In this document: positions 27,031 through 40,921 of the stretch, piece after piece | Position numbering within the stretch: the stretch's first letter is position 1 | How the letters are laid out: the number at the start of each line of letters is the position of its first letter | NCBI GenBank assembly: GCA_951406725.2 | Contig: OX597818.1 | Location: forward strand, 80,724,001-80,788,000 | Source of the DNA: Octopus vulgaris | Taxonomy: Eukaryota | DNA length: 64,000 nt | Reading direction: 5' to 3' | Position numbers and translations under genes: made by a program | Notes under the pieces: generated by a model | The model's database searches: none | What the model saw: only the letters and a program-made list of their open reading frames with translations | Told to the model about the DNA's origin: nothing

Positions 27031-28677
27031 GGAGCTGGTCATAAGAAGTATATTTAATGGTTGGACTTCAATAACGAGGTGAATATGGTTCATTAAATGT
27101 TCTTCAGAATATCTAATGTCTCCTGTTTCATTGATATTGTATTTTTTTCTTTTTTCTTTTTTTTTTATGGTCTTTCTCTTTTGGTTCTTTTCTGCTTCAG
27201 AAACTGATTTTTTTTTTTTCTTTTTCCTTCCTTCATACCAAAACATTAACGTTTGACTTAAAAACTTGCACAATCTATTCCATATTAAATTGTAATAAGT
27301 CTACTTGAAGGCCTTATTCATCTTTTAATATATATTTTGTTTTTCAAAGAGGTTTATATTGCCTGTGTTTTGTGGTTCTTTAAATTGTGAAGAACTTTTA
27401 GAGATATGTCAAACCAAAAGCTTGAATTTATTTCATAGAAAAACCAAAAATGAATTCCGTTGATTATATATTCTTATTATTTTGAAGAAGAATTATAAAT
27501 CAGATTAAATTTATTGATTTATTTTTCCAAAATATTCTTCAATATTTAGTTCATTTTCTTTACAGTCTCTTTTCTTTTCTTTTTTGTCAAGAAGATTGTG
27601 TGCACTGGTGAAAAAAAAATTATGCATAAAAAAATACATACATAAACAAGTATTTGCATGTGTGTATGTATGTGTGTGTCTAAATACACACATGCATAAA
27701 CAAATGAATATTTGCATGTGTATATGTGTATTTGTGTGTGCAAATATGTAAAGGAATATTTGCATGTGTGTGTGTGTATAAATACATAAGTGAATGAATA
27801 TTTGCATGTGTGTATGTATGTGCCTATCTATGTATGCATGTATATGTGTGCATGAATTTTTATGTGTAAATATATACAAACAGATACACATATACATGCA
27901 GTTATGCATAGTCATGCATATAGATACACACAGTTGCACAAATACATACACACAGTTGTTACACTGATATCCATAGTTTCTCAGATACACAGCAAATACA
28001 CGGTTACACTCCTAAATAGATATACGCATAGTTACAGAATCACATGCATTACAGATAAATATATGCACAATTATGCAAATACATTTATACACACAGTTAC
28101 TCAGTTACTCAAAAACAGTTTCACACACAGATACACATACACACACAATGACACATATATAAACACATACAGCTACACATACATATGCACATTTACACGC
28201 AGATAAACAGCTCTAATTGTTGCCATTCAAATCCTCCAAGAGAATTATAGGAAATGCATTAGAAAACTACAATGTGTATATAATGGGTGTGTATATTGGT
28301 GTGTGTGTGTGTGTGCAGATGCATATGTATGTATGACACATACATGTCTTTGTTGTATGTTTATGCCTTTTTATTTAGTTTTTGTCTTTCCACTAAAGAG
28401 ATTATGGAGCCTCTGTGTTTCTACATATTTAGTACATAAATACCTATACTTACACACACACACGTATACACACAGACATGCACGCACACACACACACACA
28501 ATGCTAGTGCTTGTGGGTGTGTGTATGTGCGCATGCATTCACAATTGTTTAGACTGATTAAATATACAAAGATACAAGATATATAAGATATATTTCTTAT
28601 ATAAGAAATATATGATATATTTCCTGTTATATGTAAACATTTCTCTATAAAATAAATTTTCTGTTTAAGATATAAGT

Positions 28678-29075
28678 ATATATATATATGTATGTATATG
28701 CATATATGTATACATATATGTATGTATGTATGTATTTATGTATGTATATGCATATATGTATACATATATGTATGTATGTATGTATTTATGTATGTATATG
28801 CATATATATATATGCATGTTGTATGTATGTGTATATATATATATGCATGTTGTATGTATGTATGTGTATATATATATATGCATGTATGTGTATATATATA
28901 TATATATATGCATGTTGTGTATATATGTATATATATGTGTATGTATATGTATGTAAATATGTATATGTATGTATGGTATGTGTATCTATGTGTATATATA
29001 TGTGTATGTATGTATGTTTGTATTTATATATTTAATTATGTATATGTATGTATATATATATATGTGTGTGTATAT
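28678..29075. repeat. Compound (TA/TATG)n microsatellite just upstream of exon 1
   Basis: Visible directly. Confidence 0.9.
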
Positions 29076-29199
29076 ACACAATCACTAATATTTCTTTATA
29101 ATATTTATTTCCTATTTTTCCAGACTCTTGCACTTGACGTCCCTCAACGCACATTTGGATTTTAACATTTTTTTTTGGCCAAATAAGCGATGCCTGAAG

Positions 29200-29275
29200 A
29201 TGTCATTGAATTGTTCTAGAATCTTCATCAAAATGTTGATCCTGTCTCTTCTCTTGCCAGTTTTGGTTTTCTCAG
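29200..29275 (+). CDS. Coding exon 1 (signal peptide) of a CUB-like + LDLa domain protein; exon incl. 5'UTR starts at 29124
   Basis: Acceptor ttcctatttttccag|29124 and donor CAG|GTGAGA at 29276. Encodes MSLNCSRIFIKMLILSLLLPVLVFS plus 1 nt. Phase 1 joins exon 52856 in frame (G+TC=Val), giving ...VLVFSVNS-QAV, a typical signal peptide. Confidence 0.72.
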
Positions 29276-29741
29276 GTGAGACAACAAAATTCATTAATAT
29301 CTATTTCTAACTTCCGCTTCTGAATAATTTGGTTCACATTGCGAATTATATGGTTGTATTGTATAAGTGCTTGCATGTGTGTGTGTGTGTATAATCACAG
29401 TCATCCACACATGCAGGCATGTCCTTTGCTGGTGCCATGTAAAATGCACTTGTGCGATGCTGTGTAAATGCACCTATACCAGTGGCACATAGAAAGCGCC
29501 TGGTACACCCTGTTGAGTGGGGGAGTCTGAACATCTCCCCGGTTGACCAACTCCTGTCAAGCTGTCCAATACATGCCAACATGGGTTGGATGAATGTTAA
29601 ATGACGATGATTATGATATATATATATATGTATATATAAAGTTAATCCAAACATGAAAACACAAAGAGAAAACACAACAACGCGAGGACGTGGAACAAAT
29701 ATAGTATTATTGGATGCTCAGGAAGGAAGGGAAGAAGGAGG

Positions 29742-29776
29742 GTTTAACGTTTCGAGCGGAGCTCTTCATCGGAAAC
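29742..29776 (-). ncRNA. Minimal type I hammerhead motif in a ~215 bp repeat (about 29640-29856), same family as the 21220 element
   Basis: Reverse complement reads GTTT-CCGATGA-A-GAGC(TCC)GCTC-GAAAC-GTT-AAAC. Confidence 0.6.
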
Positions 29777-31741
29777 ATAGGAGAAGGAAAGATCCAGAGA
29801 AAGGAATACAGAGGGAAAAAAAAAATCGCCAATGGTACACACGCGGTCACATTTTGAGAGCAGTTGTATACTGTCAACTTAACATGACAGTCCCATAGAG
29901 GGAATTACACCACTGCTATTTAGCCCTAGGAAGTATCAACACTTCTTGTTGTTGGCCGTGACACATTTCCTGTGTCCTTATGTTTACAAAGGGGAGACAA
30001 GCACCCCCAACAGCTAGGCCTGCATCCAGAGACATGACATGTTTCTGAGTCTTGCTCGTCATCAATCTGGAACGTAAAAAGCACCAACTGATTGTGGCTG
30101 TTGCCAGCCTCCCCTGGCACCTGTGTCGGTGGCATGTAAAAAGCATCCACTACACTCATGGAGTGGTTGGCATTAGGAAGGGCATCCAGCTGTAGAAACA
30201 CTGCCAGATCAGACAGGAGCCTGGTGCAACTTCCTGGCTTCCCAAACTCCGGTCAAACCGGCCGACCCATGCTAGCATGGAAAACGGACGTTAAACGATG
30301 ATGATGATGATATCATTATCATCATCATCATCATCATCGTCATTTATTATCCATGCTGCATGCTGGCATCAGCTTGTTGGTTTGACCAGAGCTGGCAATT
30401 TGGAGAGCTACACCAGACTCTAGTCTGATTTAGCATGGTTTCTATGGCTGGATGCCCTTCCTAATGCCAGCCACTTTATAGAGAGTTCTGGGTGCTCCTA
30501 TTTGGTGCTGCATGGGCGGTTTTTACATGGAGCTGCATGGGTGCTTTTACATGGTACCATATAGGTGCGTTTATGTAGCACCACATGGGGTCTTTTCAGT
30601 TAACTATACCCTGTCACCTCTTCCCTTTCTCTTGTTCCCTGCTATACTCACCTCCCTCCATTAGTGACTAATACTCTGCTGCTCTTTCCACTGTCACCCT
30701 ATCATAACTATAAGTCTGTTCCTATCACCTTATTTTCCTTACCTCATCCCCCATCAAGCATCTCTCTTTCATTGTGCCTCAGTTATAGGGGCTAATTTAG
30801 TCCCTTAGCCTTGCAAGTTATGGTGGGAGAAGATCTTCACTAGTGTTGGTACCACAAATAAAACACCCAGTACTCTCTGTAAAGTAGCTGGTGTTAGGAA
30901 GGGCATATTGTCATAGAAACCCTGCCAAAGTAGGCACTGGAGCTTGACACAGTCCTGTCTTCTGAGTGGAGACACACAATTATTTTTTCTTTCAACAACT
31001 AGAAGCCACAAATATAACTCATATAAAAAAAACCTTCTTCTCAAACTTTCCTTAGCACAAGCCGCACACATCTGGAGTCCTATTTGTTCTCCTGAAGAAA
31101 TCACATCTTCAACATAACTAGGACCACTTCTCAATGACTGGCCCTTCTTCTCATGAACGAAAGATTCTTCTTTTCCCAACAATTATTGATATTCTACAAA
31201 ACTCTTATATGAGGGCTCTTAATGGAGTATTGCTCCTGCATTTGAGACATTGCTGCTGCTGTATTCATTTATCCATGACCATATCCAAAAAATGGTCACT
31301 TGACTGATAAGGTCCAGCTTCTCATCCATATGCCTGCTGTACCTTCTTTGTGCTTGTTTTTACTGCAACTATAATGGCCCCTGCTCTTCAAAACTGACAT
31401 GTTCATGGTACTTCCATTCAGGTATTCCCAATCCACTCATCTCTCCTCTATCTGTCATCACCCATGTTATTGTGTCCAACTACCAGGCCAAACACCAGCC
31501 ACTACATTTAATACTTTCCTCCCTGGTACATCCACCCTTTGTAACTACACCCACCCCATGTTCATGTCTTTCCTGCAGGATATGTAGAATAAACGATTCT
31601 TTGGTTATTAAATATATAAAATTGTGTGTAAATATCAGAAAAAAAATTTAATTATCATATATCATATGAGAATAGACATATGAATGGTATAGATTATAGG
31701 TATTATAAACTTATGTAATTGTTAGTTTATAACACATAATA

Positions 31742-31926
31742 CTCTTTTACTTGTCTCAGTCATTTAACTGCAGTCATGCTTGAGCACCACCTTTAGTTAA
31801 AATAAATCAACCTCAGGACTTAGTCTTTGTAAGCCTAGAACTTATTCTATTGGTCTCTTTTGTCAAACTTCTAAGTTACAGAGATGTAAACACACCAACA
31901 TTAGTTGTCAAGCGATGGTGGAGGGA

Positions 31927-31974
<48 letters not shown>

Positions 31975-32170
31975 GACACACACACATACACACATACATA
32001 CATATGATAGGCTTCTTTCAGTTTCTGTCTACCAAATTCACTCACAAGGCTTTGGTTGGCCCAAGGCTGTAGCAGCAGGCACCTACCCAAGGTGCAATAC
32101 AATGGGACTGAACCCAGAACCATGTGGTTGGGAAGCAAACTTTTTACCATACAGCCACACTGGCACCTGT
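31742..32170 (-). mobile_element. SINE family B
   Basis: Colinear with 8927-9340. Confidence 0.8.
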
Positions 32171-32182
32171 GTAACAAAATTA

Positions 32183-32547
32183 TCCCATGTCTTCTTAGGA
32201 CTCTGTCTTCTATGAGTTTCATTCACTTTAAGAGATTAGCACTTTTTATGGAGCTGTTGGTATCCAACCACATCATATGACCAAACAAGTGCAGTTTTCT
32301 CTCTTGTGCACTGCGTCTAATTCCTCGTATGCCTAACTTCTCTCTCAATACACTAACATACTGTCATTACACATCCAGAAGAGCGTGCTAGCCTCATTCC
32401 TTTCTAGTATATCCTCTGCATTCAGGTTTTATGTCTCACTATCATGTAAAATCACTGTTTGTACACATGCATCATACAGTCTTCCTTTCACACAGAGAAG
32501 GAGACCTTTGATTGCTAGCAGAGGTAAACATTCTCTGAATTTTCTCC

Positions 32548-32548
<1 letters not shown>
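32183..32548 (-). mobile_element. RTE-clade LINE fragment (post-RT region)
   Basis: WRKFRECLPLLAIKG..VKGRLYDACVQTVILHDSET..LREKLGIRGI..LFGHMM..PKKTWD, with stops and frameshifts. Confidence 0.8.
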
Positions 32549-32594
<46 letters not shown>

Positions 32595-32603
32595 GTGTGT
32601 GTT

Positions 32604-32900
32604 GAGGCACAATAGTCCTGTGGTTAGGGCAGCAGACTCACTGCCATAGGATTGTGGTTTCAATTCCCAGACCGGGCGTTGTGGGTGTTTATTGAGCGAA
32701 AACACCTAAAACTCTGCGAAGCTCCAGCAGGGGGTGGTGGCGATCTCTGCTGTACTCTTTTGCCACAACTTTCTCTCTCTTTCTTCTGTAGGCCTGCTTG
32801 CTTAGCCAGCAGGGTGGCATCATTTGAAGACTAAAACAATGCGAAGTGCATTGTGACCAGCGATGTGTAGCAACATCTGATAGCCTGGTCGGTCACGTGA
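32604..32900 (+). mobile_element. tRNA-derived SINE, family C
   Basis: tRNA-like head (gtggttagggcagcagact...ggtttcaattccc). Tail gcattgtgaccagcgatgtgtagcaacatctgatagcc is shared with 38030-38145 and 14865-15080. Confidence 0.7.
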
Positions 32901-35900
32901 TATATGTTTATATATATATATATATATATATAAATATACATACATACATACATATATATGTACACATACAGACATACATATGTACATATACATACATACA
33001 CACACACATGCACGTAGATTGAGAGCTAACTAGATATGCACTGTGAAGCACAACACAATGAAAGATCAGACTCAGTAGAGGGTTCCACTCTCCATTCCTA
33101 TATCCAGTGCAGTATGAAGCAGGCATCAAACTTCAGAATAAACAAGTGTGCAGAACACAAGCCAAGCTACAGAATTAATAACAAAAGCATTGAACACCAT
33201 ACCTGTTTTCTGAATTATATCAAACATATACATACACACACACATATATATATATATGTGTATCTATATATATAATTTTCCATGATGCAACCCATATATA
33301 ATAGCATACATATTTAGCACTGGTTACCAAAATAGTTAATAAGCAGTTTAAAAATGTATATGTTGGGGGTGTTTTCTTTACACATCTGACCTGAAGCTGT
33401 TACTAACTGAAACGGGGCCTACAATACACATTTGGTCTAGTCTTACTAACAACTTTGTACAGAGCTGCCTGACACCACCATATTAACACCAAACAATGAT
33501 TCCTTAGTTTGGCATGAAGCCACGAATGTATGGAAGGAGAGACGGAGTCGATTAAACTAATTCCATTGCGTCACTTACCATATCGACCCCGAGAAAGTTG
33601 ACCTCAGCAGAATTGAAAATCAGACAAAGCTGGTGGGGAGAAAAAAGAAAGGAAGAAAATATGTTTGCTATTTAGTCTGGTATTTTACTGTTTCTATCGC
33701 CTTTTTTTTTCCTAGCTTTGAGACAATGTGAGAGCCTCAATGTGGTTGCTTTATCTGCTAGAAATGGCAACCAAATCTCCTAATCAACCTGTCATTTTTA
33801 AAAAAAGGAGGAAGGACATCTTTATTAATATAGTCATGAATGCATTGTAATGTTTGTGTATAAGGTGGTGAGCTGGCTGAATTGTTAGCATACCAAACAA
33901 AATGCTTGACAGCATTTCATTTGTCTTTATATTCTGAGTTCAAATTCTGCCGCGGTCAACTTTACCTTTCATCCTTTTGGGATCAATAAATTAAGTACCA
34001 GTCAACTACTGGAGTCAACGTGATCGGCTATCCTCTGCCCCATAAATTTCGGGTCTTGTGCCTATAGTAGAAAGGATTATTATGTCTGTATATAAGGTGG
34101 TGAGCTGACAGAATCATTAGCACATTGAACTTGAGCAAAACGCTCAGTGGCATTTCATCTGTTTTTACGTTCTGAGTTCAAATTCCATTGAAGTTGATTT
34201 TGCCTTTCACTCTTTCGGTGTCAATAAAATAAGTACCAACTGAGTACTGGGGCTGATGTAATCAACTTACCCGCTTCCAAAAAACTGGCCTTGCATTAAA
34301 ATTTGAAATCATTATTTTGTCTGTATATGAGACAGGATGGTCATAGCTGAAGCATCTTTGATCTTATGATCACAAGCAGACCTGGGGCTAAACCACAACA
34401 AAAGCCTGGAATATCTACAATCCTGAACTTGCAGGTTTCACCAGATGCTCAGCACCCCCCTGTCCCCTTCCTTACCTTAAATATTATAAGTCTGCTCAAA
34501 CTGGACTCTTTGGTGACAACCAGCACTACCACCATCATTACAAGAAGACTCTTCTGCTGGAAGTTATTTTCCAGTCTGAAATCATGAAGCATCTTGTCAG
34601 TTTAATATCTATTTCTCATTTCTTGACACCCAATGAAGAACAGAAAGCAGTAAGCTGGCAGAATTGTCAGTATAGCATTTCGTACTTAGTGGCACCACTT
34701 CCAGCTCTTTACTTTACATTCTGAGTTCAAATCTTACCAAGGTCAACTTTGCTTTCTGCTCCCTTCATGGTTGATAAAATAAAGTATCCGTCAAGTATTG
34801 CAATTGATGCAATCAGCTTTCCCCACTTCCCTCAAAATTACTATCCTTGAACCCTGCAACAAACCAAAAGTAGGGGTGTGGAGTAGCTGTGATCTTGATC
34901 ACTTATGTGTCATGGAAGCCAAATAATGAGACCTGAGAAAGAGAAATAAATAAGAAGCATGGACTGCAAAACCCTTGTCTTCATATGCACTAATCAACAT
35001 ATCAGTCTGGGTTCTCCATATGTTTTGTGACCCTATGAATCTGTACCTAGAAAGTTTTGTTTTCCTTATGGCACAAGCCCAGATAAAGTTTATATTTTAT
35101 ATGTGCAAGTGTGGCTATATGGTTAATGCTTTCATTACCAACCTGGCTGAAACTAGCTCTGGCTCTGTTGTACAAATGTCTTGTTTTCTTAAGGTTTTAA
35201 TTAAAATCTTCCACCAAACCTTAGTCATAATTTATGTTCCTAACAGTAGCTGAATGATAACTAAGTTATTTTACTAAATTCTTTGTTATATTTAAAGTAA
35301 TTGAAAGAAACACAGAGCATCTCAAAATAAATACAGTAACAAAAGGGTTAAGGAGTTTGTTTCCCATCCACATAGTTGTGGCTCAAGTCTGAATGCATGG
35401 AACCTCTGGCAAGTATCTTCTGCTATAGATCTAGAGGGACTAAATGCTTTGTGAGTGCATTTAGTAGATGGAAACTAAAAGAAGCCTGCCCTAGTATGGC
35501 TGCAATCCAGAGAGTGAAACAAGTAAAGGATAATTCAAAAAAAGATGTGTGTGTCCTTGTCTTGACATTATATGATAGATGTAAATGAACTTCACTGTCA
35601 TACAAGCAGTGATCATCATTTCCAGTCATCTGTGAAAACATGTCTGGCCTTAAGGAAACATCACCTTACTTGGAAACAGGTGAGGGTTAGTGACAGGAAG
35701 AGTTCCAGCTGTAGAAGATGTGCATCAACAGTTTCTATCCAACCCATGCAAGCATGGAAGAGCAGACATTAATACAGCGATGAGGATAGACCACAAATAG
35801 TTTATGCAAGTGAACTTCCCCTCTCATATGGTCACTGATGTTGTCCACTGGAATGGCAAGGACCTATGTATTTAGGCACCAGTGACATCACAGGTATTAA

Positions 35901-37988
35901 CATCAGAACATGAAAAGCTGGAACAGGTGTCTCACTTCAACTCAGCTCATCCAACACTCTAACAATTCCGCCAACTTGGTACTTTATTCATTGACCATGG
36001 CAAGATGAAAGGTAAGGTTGACCCCAGAAAAATTTGAATTCAAGGAACATTCTATCCACTGTTCCCATATTAATCACTTATAATTGTGTATCAATTAATT
36101 TATCTATGGACTCTACTAGTCCAACCTGGGCCTCCAATCTTTCCACTATGGACTTTACCAGTTCACCCTGGACCCTTCCCCCAATCTCTCTATTATGTAG
36201 TCTACCAGTTCTACCTAGGCTCTTAGTCTCTCCATTATGGACTCTACCAGTCCTGCTTGGGCCTCCAATCTCTCCTTGGCAAACCACAATAAACTACAAA
36301 CAATGCAAAACAGTAAATGAAGTAACATAACATGTTGTAAACAGGCTGAACTAATCAAAAATGCATAGAAAAAGGACCACCTGGATGTGTGAGGGGCACG
36401 GTTTGTTGCCACAGTAAACTTTGATTTTCTCACTTCACCAACCGGTCTTTGTCACTTCATAAAAATCCACCTCCAAACACACAAGAGCTATTACTCCAAC
36501 ATCCTATATTCATCTTAAGCACAGATGCAAATTCACTAAAGTCTAACTGGCCCCCAAATATCATGTAGAGATGCTCACCATAAATATATTTTTCTCCTCC
36601 GTTGTGGCCACCACAAAAATTTACAGGCGTACAGCAGTAGACTGGACCATAGAAAGACCTTACACTGTGTCCAGACTGCTGGCTGCTTACTATACACTGT
36701 AATTCAATACTGCATGCCCTCTGTATGGTCCTCAGTTAAGTGGAGATATGATATCATTAGGAATGATGAGTCTCAGGGTCTCACTTCATTGTTCTAGAGC
36801 TGACCTGAGTTTATACAACACAGAATGAGACAACTAGGACACAACCGTTTGGATGCTGACGATTTGGCATGGCTGACTTTGATATTCAGTCTGTTTAGGT
36901 GACACTACGTTTTAGAACTGGAGGCAAACACACACACATATGTGTAGATGCAGAAACATACATACAGATAGATAGATAGATAGGTAGGTAGGTTTCTTTA
37001 TTGGCCATGCGGGGCTAAACACAGAAGGGACAAAATATATAGTAGAGCTTTTCTTTTTGGGAAGAAGCGAAGGGGGAAAAAAACTAAAAAGTGGGGGCGA
37101 ATTCCGATCAAAAGGGATCGTGAAAAGAAGAAAACAAGAAAAAAAGGGGGAGGACGAATTCCGATCAAAAGGGATCGTGGAAAAAAAGATAGATAGATAG
37201 AGAAGCATTACAATGTATTAATTGAACACGGTTGACATAAACACTTATTCTTCTCATACACATGAAAGGAAATATGGTCACACACATGAAGAGATAAGGA
37301 GTAGTGGAGCAGGGACAGAGGGAGAGAATGAGCAACATTGAAACGTCTGATGTCAAATCAGTCAGCATCAAATCAGCGACGCCAGACGAACGGCACCAAA
37401 ATGGCTGTGCCAAAACGTTTCATACCCCATAAACAGTAACCATAACACTGCCGGAGTGATGCAGGCATGGTATATTTGGATTACGTGAATCGCACCTGGT
37501 CGTTTCACTAACCAACAGCCAACGTTGTTATAAGTCTAATCAATCAGGGCTGCTAACCTTGTACTATATAAATCCTCAAAAGCTATCAACACAGCTAAAT
37601 CTATAGTCAACAACAAGAGGAAGAACGTATTAGATAATGTAGTCATAGATACATATCCCCTCCTCCACAAAAAAGAACGGGATGGTTATGGCTGGAACAA
37701 CAACAACAGTAGAGTAGCTGGAGGTGGGCAGTCCACACCAGGTGACGGCTGTTTCGGGTCTCCTGCATAGGCCTGTACTGAAATAAATGTATTTTTAATA
37801 GTACACAAGCTGATTAATACTCATTATACATATATAAATACGTGTACACACACACACGGAGTAAAATGTGGCATAGGATGACGACGGAGGAACATACAGA
37901 AAGCAAGAAGAAACACAATAAGACGTGGACACGCTCAACATTCGACAGCGATCAAAAATCATCAGAATTTCGATGTCATGTATGTATG

Positions 37989-38025
<37 letters not shown>

Positions 38026-38417
38026 ATACATGGCCTGCTTGCTTAGCCAGCGGGGTGGCGTTATTTGAAGGCTAAAACAATGCAAAGCGCATTGTGACCA
38101 GCAATGTGTAGCAACATCTGATAGCCTGGTTGGTCACAGTGATATATCATCATCATTTAGCGTCCGCTTTCCATGCTAGCATGGGTTGGACGGTTAAACT
38201 GGGGTCTTGGGAAGCCAGAAGGCTGCACCAGGCCCAGTCTGATCTAGCAATGTCTCTACGGCTGGATGCCCTTCCTAACGCCAACCACTCCGTGAGTGTA
38301 GTGGGTGCTTTTTACGTGCCACCGGCACAGGTGCCAGATGGGGCTGGCAAACGGCCACGGTCGGATGGTGCTTTTTACGTGCCAATATATATATGTGTGT
38401 GTGTGTATGTGTACATA

Positions 38418-38737
38418 GAAGGTGATTCAAAAGTCTCCATACATAGGAAACAGTTTATAAGATCCCCCTGATATGACCCCTCTTGATTTCTATCTTTGGG
38501 GACATTTGAAAGGAATGGTGTATCGCGGAAAGATAAAAGACATAAATCATTTGAAAGAACGCATCACCAACTCATTTGCACACGTATCACAAGTTGTGCT
38601 ATTACGAGTTCACAACGAGTGGGGTTAACGTATTGCAATGTGTATTCAAAACAATGGTAACCATATACAGCCTGTTAAATAAAAAAAGAACTGTTCTTAT
38701 AAACCGTTTCCTATGTATGGCGACTTTTGAATTACGC

Positions 38738-38739
<2 letters not shown>
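38418..38739 (+). mobile_element. Non-autonomous Tc1/mariner deletion derivative (rosa/DD41D-like C-terminus)
   Basis: ~45 bp TIRs (attcaaaagtctccatacataggaaacagtttataaga / its reverse complement), TA flanks. Internal PDMTPLDFYLWGHLKGMVY...CIQNNGNH with a stop. Confidence 0.82.
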
Positions 38740-38794
<55 letters not shown>

Positions 38795-39064
38795 ATCCAA
38801 GGATCGAGGTGTAGGAAGAAAGTTAACTTCAAGCAATCCGTAAATAGAAAAAAACAACAACTTTTAGGAACAATAGTGGTTTATTGAGATGAAAGGTTGT
38901 GTATTTTTTTTTTCTTATCGAAGTATGATAAATTGGGAAAAGTTCTTTATATTTAACGGTAGGGAAACCAGGATTGCCGGTTATACGAATGAGAATACAA
39001 GAGTTAAGGAATGGAGCAGCCCGGATCTTATCTACTCCATTCCTTAACTCTTGTATGTATATAT

Positions 39065-39220
39065 CAGGGGCGGACTGAGAGTATTAAGGGCCCTCGGGCA
39101 TAACTGTTTACCGAGCCCCTTAGCATTGATATCAGTAGAGTTAACATGTAGAGTGCGGGCCTCTCAGAGCTCCGGGCCCTCGAACAGTACCCGATTGACC
39201 GACGGTTCAGTCCGCCCCTT
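39065..39220. mobile_element. hAT-type MITE, 156 bp
   Basis: TIRs CAGGGGCGGACTGA / TCAGTCCGCCCCTT; 8-bp direct repeat GTATATAT on both sides. Confidence 0.78.
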
Positions 39221-40399
39221 GTATATATATATATATATATATGACTTTGCCTTTCATCTTTTGGGATCGATTAAATAAGTACCAGTTAGTCATTGGAGTT
39301 GATGTAATCCACTTAATAGCTTTGTCTGTCCTTGTTTGTGATCTTTATGTTTAGCCAGCTGTGGGCAATAAATAAATAAATGTTATATAAGGTTGCTCTG
39401 AGTGACACACACTTTAGCTAAATCACTGCAACAATATTCTCAGTACGACACGCCCATTACACCTAACGCCACTCAACAATACCATCAACACTAAAGCCGA
39501 GACTAAACAATACGATCGGTAACAGACGTCGTCACCATCAACACAAGCAACACAACCACACCATCGACATCGCCAACGACAACGCCTTTATCGCAACAAC
39601 CAACAACACTGACATCAACTCGGCCATCACAGCTGATACCACCAGCTATATAATACCATTGATAATAGTCGACGTTAGCATCAGCGCCACAACTAACGTC
39701 ACCAACCAACAATAGGCACTAATAACATTGAAAGCACGACCGTCACAGCTAACTCGAACAGCAACCGTCGACAATAACAATACTACAAACGACAATACTA
39801 TTGATGCCGTTATCGTCACTAGAACACCGTCAAGAATGCCACAGCCGACTCCACCATCAACGATAGTAATTACTTCCACCGGTAACACCATCACCGGCGC
39901 AATTAACACCACCAATACCGCTAACGAAATAACGAAATCAACGATAACAGATACCTCCCACCATCATCAACAACGTATGACAAAAGCATCTAGACAACAC
40001 AAACATCACAACCAACAACTGCCAAGAAATCTCAGTTGTTCCTATTAGTAACGTGATATATAGATATACTGTACATAGGTGATGGTGGAAGGAAGCGTGT
40101 GATAGAGGTAAAAAGAGAGGGGGGGAGAGGAGAAAGCGACTAGGTTATTTCACCTGTGTTGGTACACCACCACCACCACTACCATTTGTTGTCGTCAGCT
40201 GTTTTTTCAAAGATGGACTCACCGAAACTCGCCTGCCTTACTCTCTCTCACTCACACGTATTACTCGTATTCTTCTACTCTCTCTCTCTCTCATCGTTCA
40301 TACTCACCTACTCTCTCTCTCTCTCTCACACACGCATGCACTAAGCTCTCTCTCTCTCTCTTTTTTATCGCTCGCTACTCACACACACACACTATGTAA

Positions 40400-40430
<31 letters not shown>

Positions 40431-40575
40431 CCTTTCTCTCACACACATACACTCCAAGTCCCACTCTCTCGCTCTCACACACACACACACACGCACAATG
40501 CTTTTTTCTCGCTAATATATCTATTCACACACATGCGCACAAAGTCCCTTCTCTCTCGTGTACACTAAACCCGCT

Positions 40576-40611
<36 letters not shown>

Positions 40612-40884
40612 TATAGTCTACTTTCTGTTTTCTTTTCTTCCAGTTTTCTCTTTTCTGTCACTTCTTATCTCTTAACCTTTCTTTTCTTTCCTCCACCTTT
40701 GTCCTCTCTTATTGTATCTCATTTTCTTTCTTTCTCTCTCTCTCTCTCTCTGGCGTGGCTGTGTGATCTTTGGTTCAGTCCCTCTACGTGGCCCCTTTGA
40801 CGAGCGTTTTTCTCCTATAACCCCGGACTGACCAAAGTCTTGTGAGTGGATATTGTGGACAGAAACTGTGTCGGGGTGTGTGTA

Positions 40885-40921
<37 letters not shown>

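Noticed and set aside
29194-29200. CTGAAGA box in the exon 1 5'UTR
   Set aside because: No downstream GAAA or stem partner; chance match.
30960-31230. Possible L1/Tx1 LINE remnant on the minus strand
   Set aside because: Only a vague resemblance; no diagnostic motif I can support.
39503-40048. Thr-rich mucin-like ORF
   Set aside because: Degenerate (ACA/ACC)n sequence with stops in neighbouring parts of the frame and no convincing splice sites.
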